From an uncultured Oscillospiraceae bacterium (GTDB lineage: Bacteria > Bacillota > Clostridia > Oscillospirales > Ruminococcaceae): a DNA stretch of 64,000 nucleotides. Position numbers and translations under genes: made by a program. The notes below the pieces were generated by a model. It was not told where the DNA came from and did no database searches. It saw only the letters and a list, made by a program, of their open reading frames with translations. Positions 56,637-64,000 of the stretch are shown piece after piece. The stretch covers positions 13,308-77,307 of the forward strand of contig CAYJIM010000003.1 in assembly GCA_964370215.1 (NCBI GenBank), written 5' to 3'. Numbering within the stretch: position 1 is the first letter of the stretch; each line of letters opens with the position of its first letter.

Positions 56637-56679
56637 CTAACGTAGTTAGGATTATAACATAGCTAACGGCGTTAGTCAA
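56637..56679 (-). promoter_or_regulatory. marR-ABC promoter (TTGACT-17-TATAAT on the minus strand) overlapped by two CTAAC-N3-GTTAG palindromes
   Basis: The minus-strand -35 is at 56674-56679 and the -10 at 56651-56656. The palindromes are CTAACGTAGTTAG (56637-56649) and CTAACGGCGTTAG (56663-56675), with centres 26 bp apart, flanking and overlapping the core promoter. This is the classic MarR autoregulation layout. Confidence 0.7.
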
Positions 56680-56785
56680 TGTGTTTCATATATTGTTTAC
56701 AACAATTTCATTGATAACGGTAAAAGAATAAAACAAAATCCTAGATATTTTAACCCTATAGAATACAGGCTAAATTACAAAGCTG

Positions 56786-56823
56786 TATAAAAATAGTGTA
56801 GCAACATGCAGTCACTACACTAT
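56786..56823 (-). terminator. Terminator downstream of the cydDC-like / ybaN operon
   Basis: The 9-bp stem atagtgtag / ctacactat has a 13-nt loop. On the minus strand it is followed by tttttat. Confidence 0.6.
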
Positions 56824-56917
56824 CAAGGCTAACTTTTTGGGGGTCACATCAATGACGCATCTTTTTTGCGCTCTAGCGCTTATCAATTTATATGCTACTG
56901 TACTAAAAAAACACGGT

Positions 56918-57298
56918 CTATTTTTCACTCTTTATCGTTTTCACAATGAACAAAAAATACACAAGATGAAAGACCCAAACAAAAAGCAAAATGATTTGTC
57001 CGATGGGCACAGACTGCATCATAAAGAAGCCTATTGCCATTAAAAGCGTCACGGTTAGCATGACTTTTATTTTTGTTTTTACTGTCATTCCTTGTCCTTT
57101 GACGTAACTTTCTAAATTGTTTTTATAGAGTTTGGTGGACTGAAACCACCGATCAAGACGATCGCTACTCTTGCCAAAACAGAATGCCGCGAGGAGCAGA
57201 AAGGGAACAGCGGGTAAGATTGGTAAAAACACACCAACTGCTCCGAGCGACAACCCGATGAAGCCGATACTCAAATAGATCACTTTTTTTATATTCAT
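56918..57298 (-). CDS. ybaN: DUF454 (YbaN) family inner membrane protein
   Basis: IYLSIGFIGLSLGAVGVFLPILPAVPFLLLAAFCFGKSSDRLDRWF is the family signature. The start was trimmed to MNIKK. Confidence 0.85.
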   Translation of the reverse strand: MNIKKVIYLSIGFIGLSLGAVGVFLPILPAVPFLLLAAFCFGKSSDRLDRWFQSTKLYKNNLESYVKGQGMTVKTKIKVMLTVTLLMAIGFFMMQSVPIGQIILLFVWVFHLVYFLFIVKTIKSEK

Positions 57299-57315
57299 TG
57301 CTTGTCCTTTCACCC

Positions 57316-58968
57316 TTAACTTTTCCTTGCAGTTTCCATTGTTAAAACGTGATCTGCAATTTTTACGGTAGAGGTTTTGTGTGACACCAAGACGACTGTT
57401 TTATCGGTACATGCTTTCAACGACTGCAATATCACAGCCTCATTTAAACTATCAAGGTTACTTGTCGGTTCGTCCAGCAAAATTAAATTTGCACGATGCA
57501 AAAAGGCTCTTGCGATACCGATGCGCTGTTTTTCACCGCCCGATATAGTATCGCCAAGTTCACCGACTGTGGTATCATATCCATTGGGCAAGTGTTTGAT
57601 AAACTCATGAAGGGAGGCGCTTTTTGCAGCTGTTATGACTTCTTCACGGCTTGCGTTGATGTTTGCAATTTTTATGTTATTTTCGATTGTATCATGAAAA
57701 ATATGTGTTTCCTGTGTGACAAAACTTTGGTTTTCACGAAGACTTTTTGTATTGATATTTTTTATATTTTCGTTTGCAATCAACACTTCACCGCTTTGCA
57801 CATCGTAAAATCGCATCAAAAGTTTTAGCGAAGTAGATTTTCCACAACCACTTTTCCCATTGATTGCTAGAATTTTATTTTTCTCTATGTGCAGAGAGAA
57901 ATCGCTTAGTATCTTTTCATTGTTGTAAGCAAAGGTCACCTTGTCAAGCTGAGCACCTTCAAAAGAAATGTCCTTGCCGTGATGAACCTCTGCCACAACA
58001 GGATCGTCGTCTAAAATATCGAGCACCCGATGTCCAGCGGCAATCGTCTGTGTGAGGCCGGCACCTAAATTTGCCACTGAGGTGACTGCACCAAACGAAG
58101 AAAAGAGCATGACGGTAGGTATGACAACAGCAGTCATATCAATGTCATTTACGGTATACAAATAACCGGCGGTGAAAAGCATCAGTACAGCAAAGGAAAG
58201 GATCACTAGATTGGTTAGGGAATAGGTCTTACCGATATAGCTTTTTATCTTCTTGTTGGAGCTTTCTATTTGTTCGGAAAGTGCGGCAATTTTTGCTTTG
58301 CGCGCATTCTCATATCCATACTGCAAGACCTCTTTCAAACCACGTAGACTGTCAAGGAAGTAGGTGTTTAGGTCGCCGACACGTGTTCTGTGATGCGCGC
58401 CACTTTGTTTGCTTTTTCTAGAAACAGTGATAGGAAGTAGTACACCGACTGTGAAATGAGCCAGAAAGGCAATCAGGGCAAGCAAAGGATGGAAACTGCC
58501 GATGAAGCAGATGACAATGGTAGAAGTGACCAATGCGATACAAATTGGCGAAACGGTATGCGCATAAAATACCTCTAAAAGTTCAATGTCCGAGGTGATG
58601 ATGGACACAAGATTGCCTTTGTCTCTGCCGTCGAGTTTTGCAGGTGCAAGTTTTCTCAATGCAGTAAACACTTGATCGCGAATGAGTGCGAGTAGTTTGA
58701 ATGCAATGAAGTGATTGCAGTACTGTTCTATGTAATGCAATATACCACGGGCAACAGCAATGGTGGCGATGACAGCAATGAGTAGCGATAGGTTTTCTCC
58801 ACGATGCGCGATGATATCAACAATCGTATATCCACCAAAAACAGTGATCAAGCTCGCGCAGAAATAGCCGAGACACCCCATGATAATGGCTACGATCATC
58901 ACAGCGGCAAGTGGTTTGACAAGACCGATCAGTCGAACCATAACATGCAAGGAAGAACGCTTTTTCAT
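57316..58968 (-). CDS. ABC exporter, CydC-like fused permease/ATPase
   Basis: It has six TM helices, Walker A GKSGCGKST, the signature ISGGEKQR and Walker B LLDEPTSNLD. Its start overlaps the upstream stop (ATGA). Confidence 0.8.
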   Translation of the reverse strand: MKKRSSLHVMVRLIGLVKPLAAVMIVAIIMGCLGYFCASLITVFGGYTIVDIIAHRGENLSLLIAVIATIAVARGILHYIEQYCNHFIAFKLLALIRDQVFTALRKLAPAKLDGRDKGNLVSIITSDIELLEVFYAHTVSPICIALVTSTIVICFIGSFHPLLALIAFLAHFTVGVLLPITVSRKSKQSGAHHRTRVGDLNTYFLDSLRGLKEVLQYGYENARKAKIAALSEQIESSNKKIKSYIGKTYSLTNLVILSFAVLMLFTAGYLYTVNDIDMTAVVIPTVMLFSSFGAVTSVANLGAGLTQTIAAGHRVLDILDDDPVVAEVHHGKDISFEGAQLDKVTFAYNNEKILSDFSLHIEKNKILAINGKSGCGKSTSLKLLMRFYDVQSGEVLIANENIKNINTKSLRENQSFVTQETHIFHDTIENNIKIANINASREEVITAAKSASLHEFIKHLPNGYDTTVGELGDTISGGEKQRIGIARAFLHRANLILLDEPTSNLDSLNEAVILQSLKACTDKTVVLVSHKTSTVKIADHVLTMETARKS

Positions 58969-60692
58969 TGGGGGTGCACCTCCATTTTTTCTAGGTTTTG
59001 TTGGGTATGCCACAGTTCATGGTAATCACTTTTGTGGTGCAACAATTGTTCATGTGTGCCGTGTTCGGTCAAATGACCATTTTTGAGCAGGTAAATCATG
59101 TCGGCATCTACCACATTCAAAAGTCTGTGTGAAATGAGGAGGACTGTTTTCGTTTTTGTCAAGTCCTTGATCACCTGCATGATCTCATTTTCACTGTCGG
59201 CATCGATGTTGCTGGTCGCTTCGTCGAAAATATACATTTCACTATCATGTAAAAGGGCTCTTGCAAGGGCTAGTCTCTGGCATTGCCCACCGGAGAAATT
59301 GCTGCCTTTTTCGAGTAAGATGGTATCAAGTCCCTGTTCGCTGTGTAAAAAATCTGCCAGATTCACTTTCGCGAGCATCTGCCAAAGCTCTTCCTCGGTA
59401 GCGTCTTTTTTCGCCATATATAGATTTTCACGTACAGTTCCTTTAAAAATATAGGAATTTGCAGTCACCAAAGTGATTTTTTTCGCTAAACTTTCCCTTG
59501 AAATTTCTGAAAGTGTGATACCACCGACAGTCACCGTACCGTTATAATGTTCGTTGCTTTGTGTTAAGATACCTGCAATGGTAGACTTTCCACAACCACT
59601 CTTTCCAACAATGGAAACAAAACTGTTTTTTTGTATCTTCATTGTAATGTGATGTAAAATCTGCTTGTCATCATAAGCGAAGTTTAAATCGCTGATACGA
59701 ATATCCGTTTGATTAACCACTTTTGTTTTTGGTAGATGCTCCTCTATATCGAGCAGCGTGAATATTTTTTTGCTTGCGGCAATGCCGTTCATTGCAATAT
59801 GAAAAAAACTACCTAAAATTCTCAAGGGTAAGAAAAAGTCTGCACTAAGCAGCATGATTGTAAACATCCCGACAAGGGAAATACTGCCTGCTTGAAACTC
59901 CAGCAAAGCAAAAATGATGCCGAGTGCTGCACCGCCATAAGCCACTATGTCCATGATAATAATAGAATTCAACTGCATGGAAAGCACTTTCATGGTGACA
60001 ATTCTAAACCGCTCTGCTTGCTGGTTCATTTGTTTTTGTTTATACGCATCAGTGTTGTATATTTTTAAGGTGTTGAGCCCTTGTAAATTTTCTAAAAAAT
60101 GATCGCCGAGGCCTAAGTATTCACCCCAATATTTGGTAAGTAGCTTTTTTGCAAATTTTTGTACAAGCACAATGGATAAAGGGATGAGCGGTACGCAGAG
60201 GAATAAAATGACCGCCACTTTTATATTGATAAAAGAAACGATTAGAAATAATAGCAAGGGCGAAATCATGGAGTAAAAAAATTGAGGGAGAAAGTTTCCG
60301 AAATAGGTTTCAAGTTGTTCAACACCCTCCACTGACATTTGCAAAAGTTCAGCGGAAGACAGTTTTTTTGTGTAGTTGCTTCCAAGCTTAATTACTTTGT
60401 CATAAATTTTTTCACGTAAAATATGCTTCACTGATTTTGAAGCAAGATAGCTTTGAATACTTGCAAAATATATGGTGATGACTTTTCCGGCGATGCAGGC
60501 AACAATGATCGCGGCACATAGAATAAAATCCGTCGATAAGAGTGTTTTGGCGATCAAACCACTGAGAAAGACACTGATCGTAATCATCAAAATGATATTT
60601 GCAATCAGTCCGATCATCTGTAACAAAACATTTTTTGCAATATGGGAAGTGGCGCCGGGCACTGTTTGGATCAATCTTTTATTTATCATCAT
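58965..60692 (-). CDS. ABC exporter, CydD-like fused permease/ATPase
   Basis: The N-terminus MINKRLIQTVPG is typical of CydD-type proteins. Walker A is GKSGCGKST, the signature is FSGGQCQR and Walker B is IFDEATSNID. Confidence 0.8.
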   Translation of the reverse strand: MMINKRLIQTVPGATSHIAKNVLLQMIGLIANIILMITISVFLSGLIAKTLLSTDFILCAAIIVACIAGKVITIYFASIQSYLASKSVKHILREKIYDKVIKLGSNYTKKLSSAELLQMSVEGVEQLETYFGNFLPQFFYSMISPLLLFLIVSFINIKVAVILFLCVPLIPLSIVLVQKFAKKLLTKYWGEYLGLGDHFLENLQGLNTLKIYNTDAYKQKQMNQQAERFRIVTMKVLSMQLNSIIIMDIVAYGGAALGIIFALLEFQAGSISLVGMFTIMLLSADFFLPLRILGSFFHIAMNGIAASKKIFTLLDIEEHLPKTKVVNQTDIRISDLNFAYDDKQILHHITMKIQKNSFVSIVGKSGCGKSTIAGILTQSNEHYNGTVTVGGITLSEISRESLAKKITLVTANSYIFKGTVRENLYMAKKDATEEELWQMLAKVNLADFLHSEQGLDTILLEKGSNFSGGQCQRLALARALLHDSEMYIFDEATSNIDADSENEIMQVIKDLTKTKTVLLISHRLLNVVDADMIYLLKNGHLTEHGTHEQLLHHKSDYHELWHTQQNLEKMEVHPQ

Positions 60693-60959
60693 GTCACTCC
60701 ATTGTCTTGGTGAAATAAATTTTGGGTTAGCAAAAGCTAATTTTAAGTTTAATACAGACTACCATAAAAGTCAAGTGTAGAACAAGGGAGATGGGATTTT
60801 TTTGTTGACAGTCAAATATAGGAGATAAAATCCTTAGAAGGAATAAATCTATATTGTGTATAGAAGACTGTATAATGTTGTTGCGCACTACGGTATTACT
60901 TGAGCAATAGCCAAGTCGTTCATTTTGAGATTTAAAGTAATACTTTATTCACTTTTAAG

Positions 60960-60988
60960 TTGAATTTGGCTTCATTCTATGGTAAGAT
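60960..60988 (+). promoter_or_regulatory. Sigma-A type promoter (TTGAAT-17-TAAGAT with a TG extension) for the purine permease/XDH operon
   Basis: The hexamers lie at 60960-60965 and 60983-60988, with tgg before the -10. This implies a leader of about 270 nt. Confidence 0.5.
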
Positions 60989-61264
60989 AGTAATAAAATA
61001 TTGTTTATTATCATGACGCGCAATTCCTGATCCTCTCGCCACTTTAACGAAGAAGAAAAAAGGGGCAATGCCTATGTCATTCATATAATAGGCAGTACAA
61101 AAACATACTTTTAAATAAATTGAAACGAATGAATATGAAACATTCAGAGGAATGTATCTTCGATATCAGTGCCGTTTATCAGATGACACATACCAAGTGG
61201 CGATACAGTCTTCGAGGAATGACTTCATATTTATTTTTTCGATTGCGAGAAAGGAATCAGCAAA

Positions 61265-62740
61265 ATGTCAAACAAGCAATTCACAGGAACGCCCTACACT
61301 TTTAGAGGTAGAATCCCATTAAAGCAAGCAATCCCATTGGGGCTACAACATGTCTTGGCCATGTTTGTGGGCAATCTAACCCCTATTTTGATCATCACCA
61401 GTGCATGTGCAGTGGGTGGAGGCGCAGAACAATTTGCAGCCTTGCAAGTCAGCCTCTTACAAAACGCTATGATCATTGCAGGGGTAATCACCTTGCTTCA
61501 ACTATTTTCCATTGGTCCTGTCGGGGGACAAGTTCCGATCATCATGGGGACAAGCTCTGGTTTTATCGGCGTGTTTAACAGCGTTGCCGGTGTTATGGGC
61601 GGTGGCGTTGTCGCCTATGGGGCGATTATGGGTGCGTCCATCATCGGCGGGTTGTTCGAGACGGTGTTGGGTGCGTTTTTCAAACCTTTGAGAAGATTTT
61701 TCCCGCCCATTGTCACAGGGACTGTGGTCATGGCCATCGGGCTCTCACTCATCGGGGTAGGGGTTGGTTCCTTCGGTGGCGGCTCGGCATCTGCGGATTA
61801 CGGCTCGATCGAAAACCTATTGGTAGGACTTGTGGTCATGATTGTCATTTTGATTTTCAAACATGCGACCAAGGGGATTACAAGCTATTCCTGTATTCTA
61901 ATCGGGATTATTTTCGGTTACATTGTCTGTGCATTATTGCCGTTGTTCTTACCAACAACAGGGATCAATGCAGAGGGCATTGAGTATACAAAATCTTGGG
62001 TTTTGAACTGGAATAAAGTGGCCGAAGCGGATTGGTTTGCAATTCCTCAGTTTATGCCGGTTGCCCCTGTGTTTGACCTGCGTGCCATTATCCCGATTTT
62101 GATTATGTTTATTGTTACAGCAGTAGAGACCATCGGGGACGTATCGGGTGTTGTAGAAGGCGGCATGGATAGAGAAGCCACCGACAAAGAACTTTCCGGT
62201 AGTGTCATGTGTGACGGTATTGGATCTTCGATTGCGGCACTATTTGGTGTTCTACCGAATACCTCCTTTAGCCAAAATGTTGGACTTGTTACGCTGACAA
62301 AGGTCGTCAACCGCTTTGCTCTTGCTTGCGGTGCGATCTTCTTAATTCTTTGTGGCCTGGTTCCAAAACTTTCGGCACTGCTTTCCATCATGCCACAAAG
62401 TGTGTTGGGTGGTGCGGCAATCATCATGTTCTCGTCCATTGTCATCAGTGGTATTCAGTTGATCACAAAAGAACCACTGTCGGCAAGAAACATCACCATC
62501 GTTTCTGTTTCTTTGGGTCTTGGTTACGGCCTTGGGGTCAACAGTACCATTTTGAATCAGTTGCCGGAGCTTTTGAAACTTGTATTTGGCGGCGGTGGTA
62601 TCGTTCCTGCGGCATTTGTTGCAGTGATCTTCAACTTGGTATTGCCAAAAGAAAAACCGAAAACACCACAAGTGCAACAACCACAAGAATCGCAAGAAGC
62701 ACAACAAGTGATGGAAGTATCCGAGGCATCTCAAGCCTAA
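61265..62740 (+). CDS. NCS2 family nucleobase:cation symporter (xanthine/uracil permease type)
   Basis: LGLQHVLAMFVGNLTPI...IIMGTSSGF...TAVETIGD...SQNVGLV are NCS2 hallmarks. It is followed by xanthine-dehydrogenase-family subunits. Confidence 0.9.
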   Translation: MSNKQFTGTPYTFRGRIPLKQAIPLGLQHVLAMFVGNLTPILIITSACAVGGGAEQFAALQVSLLQNAMIIAGVITLLQLFSIGPVGGQVPIIMGTSSGFIGVFNSVAGVMGGGVVAYGAIMGASIIGGLFETVLGAFFKPLRRFFPPIVTGTVVMAIGLSLIGVGVGSFGGGSASADYGSIENLLVGLVVMIVILIFKHATKGITSYSCILIGIIFGYIVCALLPLFLPTTGINAEGIEYTKSWVLNWNKVAEADWFAIPQFMPVAPVFDLRAIIPILIMFIVTAVETIGDVSGVVEGGMDREATDKELSGSVMCDGIGSSIAALFGVLPNTSFSQNVGLVTLTKVVNRFALACGAIFLILCGLVPKLSALLSIMPQSVLGGAAIIMFSSIVISGIQLITKEPLSARNITIVSVSLGLGYGLGVNSTILNQLPELLKLVFGGGGIVPAAFVAVIFNLVLPKEKPKTPQVQQPQESQEAQQVMEVSEASQA

Positions 62741-62756
62741 TATCGGAGGGATATGT

Positions 62757-63524
62757 GTGTTAACAATCAATCATTACCACAAAGCAATCAGTTTAGAGGA
62801 AGCCTATCAACTGAATCTAAAAAAAAGAAATGTCATCATTGGCGGCATGCTTTGGCTTAAAATGCAGCGCAAGAACGTGCATACAGCGATCGACCTTTGC
62901 GATTTGAATCTTGATCGCATAGAAGATGTCGGAGAGGCGCTTCATATTGGTGCCATGGTCACGCTCAGAACGCTCGAAACGGACAAAACCCTGCATGAGC
63001 TGACAAACGGTGCCTTTCAAAAAAGTGTAGAACACCTTGTAGGGGTGCAGTTTAGAAACCTTGCAACGGTTGGTGGTAGTGTGTTTTCAAAGTTTGGTTT
63101 TTCCGATGTGACCACACTGCTACTGGCACTCGATGCAAAAGTGAAACTGTACCACAACGGGGTTGTCCCTCTGGAAACATTTCTCAAGAAACCGTATGAG
63201 CGTGATATTTTAACGCACATCGTCATTGATAAAAAGCCGTATCACACCGTTTTTCTCTCTCAAAAGAATAGCAAAACCGACTTTGCGGTACTCAACTGTG
63301 CCGTCACGGAACAGGAAGATCGCTATACGGTGGTGATTGGTGCTAGACCTCAACGATCTGCCTTGATCACCCTAGACAAGCAAGATGACTTTCAGACAAT
63401 TGCTGAAAAGGCAAGTACACATTTTGTATTTGGAGACAACCACCTTGCAAGTGCAACTTATCGCAAGCATATTTGCAACGTTTTGGTTTTGCGTGCACTG
63501 GAACAACTGGCGGAAAAGGAGTAA
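62757..63524 (+). CDS. Xanthine dehydrogenase family, FAD-binding subunit (CoxM/XdhB-like)
   Basis: It is 255 aa with IIGGMLWLKM near the N-terminus and FRNLATVGGSV, matching the FAD_binding_5 fold of molybdenum hydroxylases. It has a GTG start. Confidence 0.8.
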   Translation: MLTINHYHKAISLEEAYQLNLKKRNVIIGGMLWLKMQRKNVHTAIDLCDLNLDRIEDVGEALHIGAMVTLRTLETDKTLHELTNGAFQKSVEHLVGVQFRNLATVGGSVFSKFGFSDVTTLLLALDAKVKLYHNGVVPLETFLKKPYERDILTHIVIDKKPYHTVFLSQKNSKTDFAVLNCAVTEQEDRYTVVIGARPQRSALITLDKQDDFQTIAEKASTHFVFGDNHLASATYRKHICNVLVLRALEQLAEKE

Positions 63525-63527
63525 GCT

Positions 63528-63989
63528 GTGGAAATTACACTCACGTTAAACAATCAAAAGGTGACGGATACCATCGATGCTGACATGTTGTTGATTGACT
63601 TTTTAAGAGCACATCAATGCTTCAGTGTAAAGCGTGGTTGTGACACGTCAAACTGTGGCCTGTGTACCGTCTTGATGGAAGATACACCCGTCCTCTCGTG
63701 TAGCGTGCTTGCTGCACGTGCAGACGGCAAAACGGTGTATACCTTAGAGGGGTTACAGGAAGAGGCCAATGAATTTGCAGGATTTATTGCCGATCAAGGG
63801 GCAGAGCAGTGTGGTTTTTGCAATCCCGGCTTTGTTGTAAATACCGTTGCCTTGTTAAGAGAAAATCCCGATCCTACCGATGAGGAAATTCTTGCCTTTT
63901 TGGCGGGAAATCTATGCCGCTGTTCAGGGTATGACGGACAACTACGAGGGATTCGTGCATTTTTGACCCATCGGAAGAGAGGTGTTTAA
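63528..63989 (+). CDS. Xanthine dehydrogenase family, [2Fe-2S] small subunit (CoxS/XdhC-like)
   Basis: The two cluster motifs are CDTSNCGLCTV...C and CGFCNPGF...CRCSGY. It has a GTG start. The next gene (presumably the Mo-binding subunit) begins at the window edge. Confidence 0.9.
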   Translation: MEITLTLNNQKVTDTIDADMLLIDFLRAHQCFSVKRGCDTSNCGLCTVLMEDTPVLSCSVLAARADGKTVYTLEGLQEEANEFAGFIADQGAEQCGFCNPGFVVNTVALLRENPDPTDEEILAFLAGNLCRCSGYDGQLRGIRAFLTHRKRGV

Positions 63990-64000
63990 ATCGTGTCGTA

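Noticed and set aside
61081-61145. Possible purine riboswitch suggested by tcatataat ... atatga flanks upstream of the NCS2 permease.
   Set aside because: The enclosed sequence lacks the conserved P2/P3 loops and the junction nucleotides of the guanine/adenine aptamer. Only the AT-rich P1-like ends match, which is easy to get by chance.
61120-61305. A 61-aa ORF overlapping the leader and the start of the permease gene (possible leader peptide).
   Set aside because: It has a non-ATG start, no RBS, overlaps the permease start out of frame, and has no recognisable features.
1-64000. Search for CRISPR arrays, tRNA/rRNA genes, prophage or integrase genes, and toxin-antitoxin pairs.
   Set aside because: I saw no regularly spaced direct repeats, no tRNA-like cloverleaf candidates or rRNA-like stretches in the intergenic regions, and no integrase, recombinase or phage structural motifs in any ORF. 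Absence is judged by eye only.

Overview
This looks like a core chromosomal segment of an endospore-forming Firmicute, probably Clostridia-like. It carries spo0A, spoIIID, an FtsK/SpoIIIE-type translocase preceded by tepA and a ylzJ-like ORF, mecA, and the dgt-dnaG-rpoD block. I call about 60 CDS and almost all fall into recognisable families.

Housekeeping genes: ilvD 3' end, ygiQ, rpe, phosphoglucomutase, rpmE, yigZ, dgt, dnaG and rpoD.

Transport genes: ThrE-type exporter pair, AI-2E, RibU, TauE, CNNM/CorC, two ABC exporter pairs and an NCS2 purine permease.

Metabolic clusters:
- a LacI-controlled sugar or polyol cluster on the minus strand (aldolase, FGGY kinase, Zn-ADH, AKR, FucU);
- a paaK-iorA-iorB-paaK-ACT aryl-pyruvate cluster;
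- the start of a xanthine-dehydrogenase-type purine cluster.

Signalling genes: one degenerate-GGDEF/EAL protein with a tandem SBP sensor, and one Cache-PAS-GGDEF cyclase.

Two riboswitches are readable by eye. An FMN element precedes ribU. A cobalamin element precedes a DUF4430 / membrane protein / cobO operon.

I found no rRNA, tRNA, CRISPR array, prophage or recognisable defence island. The only mobile-element signature is a solitary AT-rich RAYT-type (IS200-like Y1) transposase gene.

I cannot point to a clear-cut novel multi-gene system. The items most worth a second look are:
1. a second Spo0A-type regulator with a pseudo-receiver domain, paired with an uncharacterised 314-aa protein (7761-9488);
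2. a MurT/GatD-like pair whose GatD-like subunit lacks the catalytic Cys and His (43446-45526);
3. the AT-rich CydDC-like + YbaN block and the RAYT insertion;
4. several long or strongly structured untranslated regions (45527-45911, 51504-51550, 60960-61264) that match no riboswitch class I recognise.

All family calls come from reading motifs in the translations. No database search was run.
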